Below, piece after piece: positions 23,273 to 37,903 of a stretch of DNA of 64,000 nucleotides. Where the stretch lies: the NCBI GenBank assembly GCA_000320545.1, contig ADNK01000283.1, positions 1-64,000 of the forward strand. The letters are read 5' to 3'. Positions within the stretch are counted from its first letter, which is position 1; each line of letters starts with the position of its first letter. The notes beneath the pieces are model-generated. The model searched no databases and was not told the DNA's origin. It saw only the letters and a list, made by a program, of their open reading frames with translations. The DNA comes from Bigelowiella natans CCMP2755. Its lineage: Eukaryota > Protista > Cercozoa. A program made the translations under genes and the position numbers.

Positions 23273-25008
23273 TCACGATGCCATCTTCTGAATTCCATGC
23301 ACTAGACTAGGAGTACATCTAGGCATTGTTGCTTTCCTTGTTTTACACATAGCCATAGCTGTGCGCTTCCATGCACTAACAAACTTATACCTGCTGATAC
23401 TACGAATGGTTTTTTCCGTGGGGAACGACGGTCCCATTGAAATGTGTGGAAGCAAATGTAAGGAAAAACATCCAGAGTATACAAGCAGCGCCCACCATCG
23501 AACACCTGAACAACGATGCATATTGTGAGTCTTGCATATAATTTAGTTATTTCGAAATTAATTTTCGAAAATCGCAGGATGAATCATAACGGAGAAGGAA
23601 AACCTGAGAGTTCCTTTCATACCTGTCAAATACTATATCTGGTGGTAGTGAAAGGTCGCCATTTGCACGACGGTTTTCTAGCAACTGGCGGAAAAGGAAT
23701 AAAAGTAAAGATATGCAAACTAGGGCCTCTATCATAATACTTCGAACTAGAGCACTAAGCATACATGAAGTAGTTCGCTGGTCTATGACTATTGATACAG
23801 AATAGGATTTACCATCATGGCAAATGTCACGATGCCAAAGAATATCAAGCACAGCGCGAAACCTTTTTTAGTGAAACAGAATTGCATATTTATTGTCAAC
23901 CACAATTATACAAAAAAGAATACCCTCGCTTGCAGCCGATTTGTTATTAAATGCTAATATAATGTAATTGGCATTTTAGTTATCTTACGAAGAAGGGCAA
24001 ACAAATTAATTTTAAATATATCGATTATACTGTAGTAGAAGATGGCAGCCCCAGCAAATGTGACGAAGGAGAAAACCAGCATGAGGGAAACTCGCCTACA
24101 AACACCGAGTAACAACAACACAGAATAATTGTGAATCGAGAGCACTCTAAATGTTGCTGGTTGTCTATTCCATGCAAAGAAATTGACTAAGACAGATGGG
24201 CCAACCAACCACTGCCTTCTTATCCATACAGCCTGGAAATAGCACTCCCACTCTGTTGCCGTAGCTATTGAAGACTAAATTTTAGAAATGTGGGTTATGT
24301 TGCATGTAGCAGATGAGTGGATTTTGGGATCTTTCACATGGCGTGTTATCTTGATACTAAAATGATTCCAGCAGACCGGTAAAATGATGACATTATCTTT
24401 CTCCACCAAATTATCGTTTCCTTTCTCCTCTTCACATGGCTCGTGAGAGGCATTTGGGGCTACTTCGTATCCATTGCTACCGCGCCTCAGGACCATTCGA
24501 GCTCTTCGAATCCATCGCATACAACGGGATGGAGTGTTTATTGGTTTTGATGTAGTCGTGCCATGATTTACTTGCACAGACACATCCGTTGTGTTGAAAT
24601 TTGATAAATCAACAGAGTCCGACGATAAGCGATTACCCGAGGTAGATTTACATTCAACTCCATCCGATTCTTGTTCTGGATATTTTGGTGTTATTTGTGA
24701 GCATTATGTGGGTGAGTTTCATTGTTCTGGAGCGTGTGCGATGCTTGTTTCATGTACCTTCTCCATTACCAATCGGACAGGATACTTCAACGCCCTCATC
24801 AGACGCTTTTAGGCTCGGTGCTGCCGGAGGTTCTCCCGCCATCTTTATATTTTTCTGGGCGATGTGGGCTTTGAGGGCTGCCATGAAAAGCTCCTATGTA
24901 CTGTGCATATCCCACACTTACGACATTATTCTTGGTTTGTCGTCCTCTAAATTACAAGAGAATCACCAACAACCAGAAAACTATTCATCGAATTAATTAC
25001 GACAACAT
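23273..25008 (-). CDS. Hypothetical multi-exon membrane protein
   Basis: MLS|GRQTKNNV|ELFMAALKAHIAQKNIK... followed by hydrophobic segments (VSLMLVFSFVTFAGAAIFYYSII). The 3' end is uncertain. Confidence 0.4.
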
Positions 25009-25306
25009 ACTATGATTGTCGCAGACTGAAACAGGATCTGCACTCTAATTTTGGCAAAAACAACTGAACTGAGAGTGACAGATTCTCAAAACTGGCTCTC
25101 ACAGTTTCTTCTCATCTAAGCGTTTCGGCCCTTTTAAATCGGAAAAAGTTCTTCCAAAAGGGGATGCATTTATGCTTAAAATCGCAGGTTCGAGGCAAGA
25201 AAACTGTAGAAAATCGCGCTGCGTTCCCCGATGTTCAACACAAAAACAGAACGAACGCCGAACCACGAGATCTGCCCCAACCCGTGAGACAGCTGATAGA
25301 CACGAT

Positions 25307-25653
25307 GGTTGTTCCAGACAACGGGCAGGTAGATGTTCATATCCTCATGTTAATAGCAGCGCTCTATGCCTCATAAAGTCTGTCCTGCACTTGGTGATTG
25401 AAAGGGCACGAGGACGGCTTTTCGACGGGAGGAAGCGAAGGGGGAGTTTGAAGGTGTAACACACAGAAGCTGCTGCCGGCACAAAAACCCACTGCCTAGT
25501 GTCCATTAATTCTATCTTGGTAGCTAATAAGCCATCAAATACATATATAATTTCCAGCAACAGAAACGAAACGTTCGGAACGAGGGCTGATGTGGTTTCA
25601 GGACAAAATGGAAGATGGGTCATATAGACAGCTCTCCTTCTTCTTCTTCTTCT

Positions 25654-25733
<80 letters not shown>

Positions 25734-27316
25734 TACACGTGTAACCACGAGTGTATGGTGTATGCACGCATGTGGTTAGTGTGTGCGCATATCTTATAAA
25801 TACGAAATCACCTCGTAGGGAAAAATTGTTAGCGATGATTTGCAAGCAACTATATCAGCCACACGAATACATGCGCGAGAGGACCAATCTTGATTGAACA
25901 TTTACACTACAGATTTGATTGGCTAGGGCGAATGTGCGCAGAAAAGCCGTGGATCGTAATCTTGACGAGCTTGATCGTGTGTCTTCTATGCTCCATTGGA
26001 TTCATTCGGTGGACACCCGAATCGCGTCCAGAAGAGCTCTGGTCATACTTGATTACTATAACATAGATGCATAATGCTTACCGGCTTGAAGAATGATGAT
26101 AGTGATGATAATGAAGATGTGGATAAATATTGTGACGACAATGCTGAGTCAGAAAACGCACACGGAGCACTCAGAGCGTTGATGTTCTTACCATCCATGT
26201 GCACACTCCCTCGCCACATCATCGTAACCCTGAGCACTTTTATGCCTAGGGTATCTCAAAACACAGATGCTGTGCGTGATAACGACTACGTGAAGGATAG
26301 GTGGAGTTATGAGCCAAGGTCACACCTGCAGATGTGTGTGGTCATAACATATATGTATAAGAAGAGCATTATAAATTTCATTTATAAGCCATCGGAACAG
26401 GTTCATTCCTCACTAATTGTCGTCGCTGTCTCCTCTCTGCTGTCTCTGTGATATCGTCGTCATTTAGATTCAACGCTTTCTACTCAAAAGTGGAGAGTGG
26501 GCAGTTGCTAACGCCAGAGTCTATGCAGAAGCTAAATGACTTGTACAAAGCAATAGATGAATAGAGAGAGAGTGATGGGGGATAAATAAAGAGGAGAGGG
26601 GAGGAGGAGGATATTTCTGTGTTGAAAATACATCAAATCCCAACTTACGAAGATCAAACAACTCCTTCAAAGGCACTCGCAGACAATGGCGATAAACGTT
26701 TCTGCACAGTCCGATCAGGACAAATTTCCAGGTGAATGCCATGCCTCGATGATGCGAATACCGAACGAGACTTTGAAGGAACAGGGTTGAAAAGATATCA
26801 ATATGGATCAATGCCACTATCAATCCCGCAATCGTGTAGTCGCCACCACTGTTTCCGTCGCTATGGTGCCATGTCTTCGCGATTTCCTTTGATCGGTTTT
26901 CTTGATCTTTGTTCCTTGTCTTCTCTTCTTTTTCTTGATTCATGCAGGCCAGTGGGACTTCGAGCGTGCGTGTTTTCGGCAGGGCCAGTACTGTATGCTG
27001 TACAGCCCGCTGACGTTATTTGATTTCAATTCCACGCTCATCGCGTCTCTGACGCAGGGCGAAATTGATCGAAGATACAATGACAGTACCTACTACAAAA
27101 CTCGGTAGTGAATGCCTTGCAATACACGTACAATCCACTCGCAGAACTTATGCACACCTTTTGGCTGCTTGTGAAAGAACATCAAAAAGGAAAACAAGTG
27201 CACCCATATCACCACATGTTTTGGACAGGTTTGGTCGCCAACTGACTCAAAACGACTTATTCGGTGAAATGATGATGAGTGTGATAACAGCTACTTGAAT
27301 AATCCAAAACGTTAAT

Positions 27317-27355
<39 letters not shown>

Positions 27356-27749
27356 ATAGAGTAGTACATACATTTATTTTGAGAAAAAATAAGTGGTAAG
27401 GTACAGGCGAGTCTTTCAAGATTGTTATTATTATATATAGGGTTCGAAAATGGAAATCTTGTTGCTTTCAGGTGCGTTTACGGTTCTTAAAGAACTCAAT
27501 TGCATATCTGAGAACCCCATTTAATACTTTTTGTAGTCGTGCTTATTATCGTAGAATAGTTTGTGTATGTAAGTGTGTGTGTGCTTATGTGCGTGCGTAT
27601 GCTTGATATCAATTCTGTTTTTCTTTCTCTGTCTCTTTCATCCTCACTATCATTGGCTAGAGGAGTATACGTGCTCGATCAGCATGTCGTTCTCAAAGAT
27701 AACGCGTAAAAGATATAAACCGTTAACATTACGATATCTAATGATATAA

Positions 27750-27783
<34 letters not shown>

Positions 27784-27886
27784 TAGCTTTCTATTCATCT
27801 GTTTCCTCCACGTTGCACCTAGCGTCTAATAGAATAAGGATTCAAACCAGATTGAGTTTCCTTCTGAGTTGTCTGATGAAAATTGA

Positions 27887-27947
<61 letters not shown>

Positions 27948-28728
27948 GGATACAGTCTGAGGTGAAGTAGAAAGAGAGACAACAACAGCAACAACAACAA
28001 CAAAAAGGAAAGTCATATTTATCACTGTCTTCTACAGTATCATCATTTGCTTCTCCTATCCATATTTATTGAATCGATTGGTAGGTATGAAGATGTGGTA
28101 GGAGAGCCGTGGGAGCGGAAAGGAGTAAAGATTTATCGTTCTGATAATTCTCCTCTGGACACCGTTCCTGTCTTCACTGTCTCCTGGGTTGTTTATTGTA
28201 GCATCCTTGTTCTTCCAATTCCCCCCTCCTCATATTCATTATCACAATTTACGTATTGTCTGCCCGAAAACACTGCTGCGATGATGAGCAGCATGGAAGC
28301 ATGAGGAATGCATCTATGTGTATATACATATGTATAGAATGGTCTTCATTTCCCCCCCCCCCCTCCTCTCTCTCTCTTGTGTGTGTATGTGCTTGTGTGT
28401 GTTCATTGGCGTGTTTCTACTTCCAGTCCGATGAGTTTTCCGCAGCAATCCAAGCGGACAGCTTCTCTATCGTCATTGCTTATCTTCTCATCATCGTATA
28501 TCTCGCATGTAATCATCTTCGTCATTCACATATCATCCGAATCCCCGCATATGTTACCGCACATGACAAAGGAAAAACAGCACAAACACGTGATAACGAT
28601 GCTGTAGAGAGCTTTCAACGAAAGAAAGGACGAAAGCCAAATACACGCACATTTAGCGACGATCGAAGATAAACTATGTCCACACACATGGACACAAGAC
28701 AAACACACACCGCACAAATCACGTATAA

Positions 28729-28776
<48 letters not shown>

Positions 28777-28980
28777 GCCATTTCGCTGCACGTTAGTCAC
28801 GCTGGGGAGGAGAGATCCCGTTGATTGCATGGTAGGAGTATCATTCTGTGCAGTTTTGGGGTACTAGTAAAAGTAGTAGTAAGAATAGCAGTGGTAATAT
28901 CAATGGGAGGAGGAGGATTGAAGGAGGAGGAGCTAACAAGCACGCTTTTAATAAAAATATTACTTTGTAGATATAAATTG

Positions 28981-29022
<42 letters not shown>

Positions 29023-29782
29023 TGTATATTTTTTCATGGATGACTCATGTTCCTACTGCTACTATCACCACTGAAGTATACATGCTATTGATTAAACAAC
29101 AACAACACAAAAGTGTGGGAATGGCCCTTTGTGCATCCTGGGGACTGGCAGCTGGGTTTGGAGTGATATTTACGCCTCTCCATTTGAACATCCCGTTCCT
29201 TCTTGTCGGGCTTGGTAATTTTTTCCTCACCCGCCCTTCTTCCGCTACGACTTTGCGACAGAAGAACAGAGAGAAAGAGAGAGAGAGAGAGATAGAGGTG
29301 GGGCGGGGAGGGGAGGGTGGAAGGGGTTGGAAGGAGAGATCCTTTATTCTGACTTCATGGCTGCCTATAGTAACTGTCCGCTTTTCTGTTGCGGTTATTC
29401 TACTTCTGATATACAGGCGTGGACGACGCGTTTATCTTAGTCACAGAGTTTCAGGTGCGTATCTCTCGCAACTCAACCCTTCAGACCGTCGTATCAATAG
29501 ACATGCGACGCGTTTCGCCATTTCCTATCATTTTTGCCTGTGCTTGTATGTGTCTCTCCAAGCGCGCACACACGCGCGCGCGCGCGCGCGCGTGTGTGTG
29601 TGTGTAGTGTGTTGTGTTCATTATAAATTAAATGTAGTGTTTTATCAAATATCGTTTGGGTTTTGGTCCTTAATTTGCAGAGGGCGTCGCAGAAAGGGCA
29701 GGGCAAGACGGAAGCGATGAGAACGGCCATGCGTGTTGGGGTATGAAAGAATGCATAAACATCACAAAAAACAGTAGTAGTG

Positions 29783-29819
<37 letters not shown>

Positions 29820-30352
29820 CCGTAGTAGCAGGAGTAATTCTCGTTATCAAAGCCATCTGTCACTGTTGATGATGCTGTCTCGCAATAGGATCGTACTTTA
29901 AAAAAATTCTGGGCTTCTTCTTACCACCTTTTTCGCCCCATCCATGTCCTCAGGGAATGTCGATCTTCATCACGTCGCTCACTGACTTTCTTGCGTTTGC
30001 CATCGGTGAGACTTCTCACTAGATCATTAAACCCCGAACGAACGATGAGTATGTAGTTGATAAAGTTTGCACCACTCCGTTTCTGTGTGAATGAATGCTG
30101 ATAATCTCGTCTTTTTAAGTCTGGCTTGTTTCCTCTCTCTTCTCTCTTCTCATCTCTGCTCACATCTGCTTGTTCTCCCCCCCCCTCTTTTTAATAGGTT
30201 CGACGACACAACTACCTGCGCTAAGTGCATTTTGCGTTTATGCTGGCCTCGGAGTGATCTTCGATTTCTTCTTCCAAGTACCAACATATAAACAGAAGAA
30301 CAACAACAGCAAGAGCAGCAGCAGCGACAACATAAACTCGAAACACACACAT

Positions 30353-30383
<31 letters not shown>

Positions 30384-30784
30384 TATGCACACAGAGATAA
30401 GAGGGCGGGTAGTACGCAACACGCACCGTTTTTTATGTAACCGTGTGTGTGCATGACGCCGGGACAAAGCGCCCTCGCAGCTCTGATAACATATATGAGA
30501 TTTCTGCTCGTTGAGTAGATATAGGTGCGAATAAGGTCTTAAATTTGTCGTTATAATTACTGTCAGGTGACATTCTTCATGGCGTGTGTGTCGTTGAATG
30601 CGTCTCGCTCTGAAAACCAGCGTCGTGATTGTATCTGCTGCTTCCGCGCTAAGAGCGAGCCCGATCACATCCCGTACCAAACGCCAGCAAGGGGCTGCTG
30701 CTGCTTTAAATGCACTTCCGATGTGCGTGCGTGCTAAGAACACGATCACGATGACAATAATGATGGTTCCCACGTACGTGGGGA

Positions 30785-30849
<65 letters not shown>

Positions 30850-33556
30850 GTGTGTGCGCGCGCGCGGTATGCTTTGCAGCAACCTGAAACAAGCCTAATT
30901 TTCATTTCGACACAGAAACATTATACGCATCGCTCTCTTTCATTGCTCCATTTCGCATGTACACGTAGGTCTTAGAACCCAACTTCAAGCGATACGCCAG
31001 TACCCTGGTCACATGGCCGTGTCGCGCATTCATTTGTGCGTTGTTCTTGATATTTCTCGGGCTCTCTAGCAACGGCATCCACAGAATGGTGTTACCTACT
31101 ACTGCTACCGCTACTAATACTGTTAGTTTTTAAGTCATCGCCGTCATCGCCCATCACCACATCATCATGAAAGAAGTCCGTATATGGACTTGAAGCAGCA
31201 ATAAATGACTAACATTCCGCACCCTGCTCTACCGGCCTACTTACTACCAGCAAGTCAACTTCAAACTCGATTGGTTTCTGCCCGCTGATTCGTACCTCAA
31301 TAAGGTCACGTGACTGATGCTATGTAGAAATAGTGTACGTCGCGAAGAGCTTCTTGGGGAGTCGATTGCGCTAACTTGCACATATTTTCCGCATAGGCAT
31401 TCAAGTGGGAGAAGGATTACTTCGTGTCCTCAACCCCGTTTTACGTGTACATCAAGGTAAGTATACTCGGATGTTTATTATCGGCATGCGCGCCTGTTAG
31501 GTGCTGCTGTTGCCCCACCGAATAAACACGCTTATTTTTTGACGGTGGGATGAATCCAATGATGTGTTGTGGCTGTGCTTGTTGTGCTTGTTGTTTTTGT
31601 AATATTATTGTTGTTGTTTGTGATTGGGGACGGACATTGATTTACTAGGACGTCGACTACTACAACCGCCAAGTGGAGCTCAATCGAATTCAAACGTGTG
31701 TCGCCTTTTTTGTGTGATATTGGTGGCATAACAGTATTAAAGTCGTTACCAGGATTACTTACTACGGTTCCCTTCCCCTTCCCCCTCCTCTTCCAACTGC
31801 CTCTGCTACCACCATCCGCTCTCTCAGATTCTTGCAAACGTCTAAATGGATTGTGGAGCAATCAACTAGTTTTTGGTACATGACACAGATCCCGAACACG
31901 AAGATAGATAGAAGAAATTTGCAATCCCCCCCCCCCCCCGTCCTCACTCTCCTGTGACTCCTCCTCCTTCCTTTCTCCTTGGCCCTCCTTCATATCCGGT
32001 CGGCAACATCAGGTTCCCCGATTTCCTCTCATGGTGCAAGGACACAACACCGTACTCAAACTATTATCAAAACGGTAGTAAAGTACTTCGTGATCAGAGA
32101 AATGAACTTTTGCATGCAAGGGAGGGGGGGGGGGGGAGGTAGCGCATGACCTATGCTTGAATATACACAAAATGCGTTGGCACATAGACATACGCACAAA
32201 TTACCAAACATCTTGATGTTGTTTTAATTTCTTGATATACCATTGTACACATGAAATAACTAGTGTCTGGAATCGTCTCTTTGACGAATGAAACTCTATT
32301 CTACAATGGTCTCAGCACCTACATCAATGTAAAGAAAATTGCCATCGCATTTGCTCTTGCTGTACTCTGTGAATGTTGTTGCTTGTGGCTATCGTTGATG
32401 CTGCTGCTGAAAATGAAGCGAACTTCATTATCTTCCGTCTCTCTCTACACACCCCTCCCTCTCCCTCCCTGAAACGTGGCATTTGTTGTCTTCTCAATGG
32501 CACTAGAGCAATGGATCTAGGTATATCCGAGATATCCAATTCATTGATTCCAGCGACCCAACCAGGGTAAGGATCAAGAATCAGGGGGGGGGGGGGGGTG
32601 TCGACGTTAGAGAACGTTGTTTGAAGGCGGTAGGAGCTGTGGTACTGCGATGTTGTAATGGTTTCTTCTCCTGATTTCTCCTTTTGTCTATCATAGCGGT
32701 GGTGGAGATGTCGGATTAGGTGGTTTTTCTTTGCTCTCATTGCCGTCTTTGCCCTTTATTGCAGGGAATTCTAGCGTCTCGAGGCAGCGGTCAGATCTCG
32801 GTGACCGAATTCACGAATTCTGGGAAAGAAAAGTGCGTTGATCTGCTGGAAGCGCGACTCAAACCACACGCTTCCTCCCCCCTCCTCTCTCGCTGTGTGT
32901 GTTTGTATGTGTAGTATCTATGTGCAGCACAAAATATATCTAAAACATGTTATCATGTTGCTATAGATACAACACCAAATAACGAGGACTGACCGCGCGC
33001 GCGCGCGCGTGTGTGTATGTGTGTGCTTCCTTTGTGTGGCTTCGTTACATTGTTTTGATTTCTGTTACGCACTTTGGAGTGAAGAGATTTACATGTGAAT
33101 ATCGAGATGAAACATTCATGGTCTTGGCCATTTGCGATGACAGAAGAACATACACCAATGATGATCTTTCAAATTTATGGAGGAGGAGGGATCCACATTT
33201 GAAATGTTCTGATTCCCCCCCCTTCCCCCCCTATATGCTGGTAGATACGAGGCAATGACGGAGCTACGAAGCGAGTGCAACGACGCGATGAACTACAACG
33301 ACGCACGTGTCTTCTCCAATAATTTCCTCTACTGGGAAGAGTAAATAATAACCGATCGACTTTGATAGATTATTATTATGACGATAGGGATAGGGGGGAT
33401 GGTCATGATGATAATAGTATTGATGCTAAGAGTCTTTTAATTTCTCGTAAATAACACAATAATTTTCATTTGGAGAAAGTAGTTACGACCCCCTTATCCC
33501 GTCTTTTCCCTTCATATTTAACCACATTCTTAATACTGTCTCTGTTGCTGCTGCTG

Positions 33557-33593
<37 letters not shown>

Positions 33594-33686
33594 GGTTTTC
33601 TCTAATCCGCGGAGAGTTGATACAAAACATCCTCATCGCGGTGGCTGTGATGTTCATCATTGTCTTCGTTATGGTATCAAAGTTTT

Positions 33687-33719
<33 letters not shown>

Positions 33720-34504
33720 ATAGTATAGCAGTAATAATATAGCAGTAATAGTAGAAATAGTAGAAATACGGAGATGAAATGAGCGAATATGTCCTTAGTT
33801 CATTCTCAACCCCTTCTTTCCTTCCCCCGTCTCAGATCGTGCAGTGGCAGGTAGTACTTTCAGTGGCACTGGCAATTGGGGCGACCATAATCAACACCCT
33901 GGGAATGTCCTACTACTGGGGGGTTGAGCTCAATAGCGTCGTGACAATATTCGTCCTTATCTCCATCGGTCTCTCCGTCGACTATAGCGCACACATCGGG
34001 CACACGTTCAAAGAGTCATACGGTAGTGGGTGTCTGTCGGTAGTTGCGGTATATAATTGATGCTGGGTGAAACGACGAGGAGGGCGCTGTTTACCTGTAA
34101 TGGCGGTGCGATGAGCATAGAGTACTCGGAGATTGCCTTACGTTATTTTTGTTCAATAAGGAACGTCGATCGAACGCGCGGTGAAAGCATTGACTAACAC
34201 GGGTGTTGCCTTTGGATGAAAACAATAGTATAGCACGCTCTTTTTAACACGACACGACACACACACACACACACGCACAAGCGCGCGCGCGCGCACGTAC
34301 ATGCATATGCACACATGAATTATATGTGTTTTTTTAATTTGACTTGGGATGTGTTGTGTGATTGTGGCGGTAGGACCTCCTGTGTTCAATGCAATATTTT
34401 CCACCTTCATCGCAATTTTGGTGCTAGCGAACTCAAAGACGTACATTTACAAGGTGGTGGGCAAGTGTTGTTGTTGTTGTTGTTGTTGTTGTTGTAGTTT
34501 TTGA

Positions 34505-34556
<52 letters not shown>

Positions 34557-35035
34557 AGATGATGGTGAAAATGATGATGAGGAGGGTATCCATGCTGAGA
34601 GGATTGCGGTCCTAGCATCTAGTTTGTTGGTTGTAACATTTGCTTCTCCGTTGATCGATCAATCGGTCGATTGACCCGACAGGTTTTTTTCCAATTCTTC
34701 TTATTAACGACTTTGTTCGGTGGATTCAACGGGCTTGTCGTCCTTCCGGTTGCCAACACCCACAATAACACAACAAAACCTGCTTTTTTTGTGCATTACC
34801 CTCCAAACACAGTTTATTGCATCGTCGCCGCTCATATCACTATCCTGAAATGTACCATCTTCTGCCCATCCTTCCTCCTCTTATTCGCGACCCATGGCCG
34901 TTCATTTGGAAATGATCCCTCCCCTCCTCCTCCTCCTCCTCCTCCTCCTCCTTCTAGGCTCTTTTAGCTACAATCGGTGGAGATAAGATAGAAGCCTCCT
35001 CCCCAACTGATGTGCTTGAAGCGGGACGGTGCTGA
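25307..35035 (+). CDS. Patched/NPC1-family (RND) sterol-sensing domain membrane protein, more than 25 exons
   Basis: LGRMCAEKPWIVILTSLIVCLLCSIG...PEELW. Sterol-sensing domain: IPFLLVGLGVDDAFIL, GMSIFITSLTDFLAFAIG, STTQLPALSAFCVYAGLGVIFDFFFQVTFF. Second half: ISIGLSVDYSAHI, PPVFNAIFST, GGFNGLVVLP. The start codon is uncertain. Confidence 0.93.
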
Positions 35036-36462
35036 CAACCCACACATCGCACCAACATCGCTCGCATGCAATCGATCTACTACACCAACAAATAACGCAG
35101 TACAAACGTTCTGGGAGTATCCCTTTTACTTCAATCTACACCGTCACCGACACTCGTAGTCGATTCTGTTGTCTCGTTATTGTTTCTCATTATTGTTGTA
35201 CTTTGTTGTTGTTCGTCACTGCGCGACAATAAAGGAAAAGTATTGGCGGGGCAAGTGCGCTCATGCTAGAGAAGAAGGAGAGCACGTAATTGACTAAGAA
35301 AATTGTAACTGTTCCCTCTGGCTCACATGATATTGGTCTGAATGCACACTTTCTCTCAGTGTCGACGGACGGAATTCTCTCGCAGGAAAGAGTACCCAGT
35401 ACGTTCGATACTATTTATCCACAACTTCTATCGTATAGATTTGTAACCTTCATGAGTTTGTTCTATAATGTTCTTTCTATACGCTATGATGTATTTAGGT
35501 TAAACAATGCGTTGTAATTCCGCGTACGTGCATTGGGGGGGGATGAGGACTGCACTTCCAGAGGAAACATTCCCACTAGCTAGCTGGAAGTGGATGCACT
35601 GTAGCACACATAAATTCGCTTGTGTCATCGGGACTTCTCGTGTGGCATTTGTTTAGTTGATTTGGGGAAACGGTGCAAGATGTCATCGATGTCCGTCCAT
35701 GCAGCTGCAGCTCTGCTCTCTAGCTTGCCTCAAATTGCATGCTGCGTCAGACTTGTGATGCATGTGGGCACATTGTGTCGCACACAACTCATGTCAGAGC
35801 AAGTTTTTTGCGATTCACAAATGATGTGTGTTCCAATGAGCATTCGTGACAAGTCGTCCAAATGGGCGGTGGGCAAGTTGTGCATGCGATCGTTGCAACC
35901 ATGACAAGGTGTGAGTGCATCGACACTTTTCCGCGCCTGGGAAACATCCCAGCGTGCACGCCAGCACGTGCCACGTTGACTTCACATTGGTAGTTACGTA
36001 CTGGACGCTACTACTGTCATTGTCAGCTAGCCAGTGTGTCCGTATGCCCAAAGACCCAAGGCAGGGGATGTTGAAAATTGTCTCCTAGTTCCGCAACAGA
36101 ACCACGAGGATGACGACCGCGTGCTCTAACGATGCTCGGATTTCCAATGCAATCGCCTGCGATTAGGATCCAAAATGACCTGCGTTTTACCAATTTTACG
36201 GTCTATTTTATTGTCGCGACTCTGAAAAGCAGTGAAGAGAGGAAAGAGGAGGAAGAACCGTTGATAGCGTTTGAATGAGAAGGAGTGGCACGGAGGTCGC
36301 CAAAGCCACACCGGACACCCCGCCTGTGCACCGCACCGTAGCTGGCCGTGTTATCCGAAGCGACCAATCAGTAGTTTGTGCAGTAAACGGTGATTTGGAA
36401 AGATATGCCTTGTGCTGCATCGCTACGATCTAATACTAGCCTTTCCTCATCTATCTTCCAGC

Positions 36463-37865
36463 ATGCTCTCGCCGACTCTGCTCCGCCTGTTCCGCCTCCT
36501 CATACTCGGTGTAGTCGTTGGCATCCATGGGAAAAATATCGAAGGCGATGGTTCTGATCGCACGCTGCAAAAGACGAAGTATCTTCTCTACGACGTGAAG
36601 GTGCTGTCCCTACTGCGTATTTGATCTTTCTTCTCGGTCAGCAGAATAATACCATCGTTTGTCAGATCGGGGAAGGCTTCAACCTACAAAAAGAGATCTT
36701 CATTCGCGCGGCATGGCTAGCGGACGAGCTCAATAGAGAGAGCGTAAGTGTGTGTGCTGCGTTGTCTTTGCTGTAAGGAGTGTCTCTTCAACAGGATTAA
36801 ACGACATACATGCATGCATAGACGACGAGGACAACAGGCATCCAATGGACTGTGGTCCTTCCTCCATGGTGCTTCTTGGCACACTGGAAGGTAAATCCTA
36901 TCTCATACAAATCATCGCTCGTGCAAGTGGAGACGGCGACGTTCCGCATACACTTCATTTTCGCTCCTTCCGTACTTAAATATGTAAAGCTCATTAACAC
37001 TTACTCTATATTTCTCCCTGTATCTAAAGATTCCCCCGCACCCCCCCTTTCCTTCCCGAAAATGGGCGCGTGTATACTAATAACAGTATTGCATATGTAC
37101 GACGAATTGCTAGATTAGGGTAAGCAGCGATCTATTTAATGCTAACAGGTTTCAAAGGGGACGGTAAGGGACTGGGAAACGTTTTTTGATGTTCAATTTC
37201 TGCAAAGGTGGTCATTATCTACATTCAGCAATAACATTATTGGAAAACTCAGAATGATCATCTGTTGAAGCTGCTAACACACAACACACGCACATATAGC
37301 GTCTCTTTCTGGCTGGTGCTTCTGGCTTCTTTCACTTATTCCTGCAATTATACCCGTAGGGCAACGTTTCCTGTGATTGAGTACAAAGAGTATGCCGCAA
37401 GAATGGGTACCAAAGCAAGCGGTGCGACACATTTCTTCTCCTAACTTACAAACTTTCCTTTTGTACGTCATCCCCCCCCTCGTCATCCAGTCCTTCGTCG
37501 TTTGAATTCGCCCATCATCATCTCTAATCTTCTTTTGCACGATAATACTGCTGAGTGGGATCGATCCGTGTATAGCCATTAATAATAATAAGAATAACAA
37601 TGATAATGATAACTAACATTGTTACGCACAACCTCCACCATCACAGCAGCAGCAGCAGCAGAAGGAGGAGGAGGAGTAACTGTTCCAGCCGTGGACTTGA
37701 TTCTTCATCTCGAGTCGTTTCGACCTAAGGAGTGGGTTCCGAGCTTCCAAGCCATCTCGTGCTCCGAGGTGCTGCTACCACGTCTAATGCGAAAGAAAGA
37801 AAGAAAGAAAAGAAGTTCCTCATTGTCGCTTCTTAATCTCTTTGTTTCGGCATTGTTGCACCCCC

Positions 37866-37903
<38 letters not shown>

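Noticed and set aside
36500-36690. Protein-like minus-strand reading (RAIRTIAFDIFPMDANDYTEYEE...)
   Set aside because: It is the antisense shadow of the POFUT2 exons, which carry clear family motifs.
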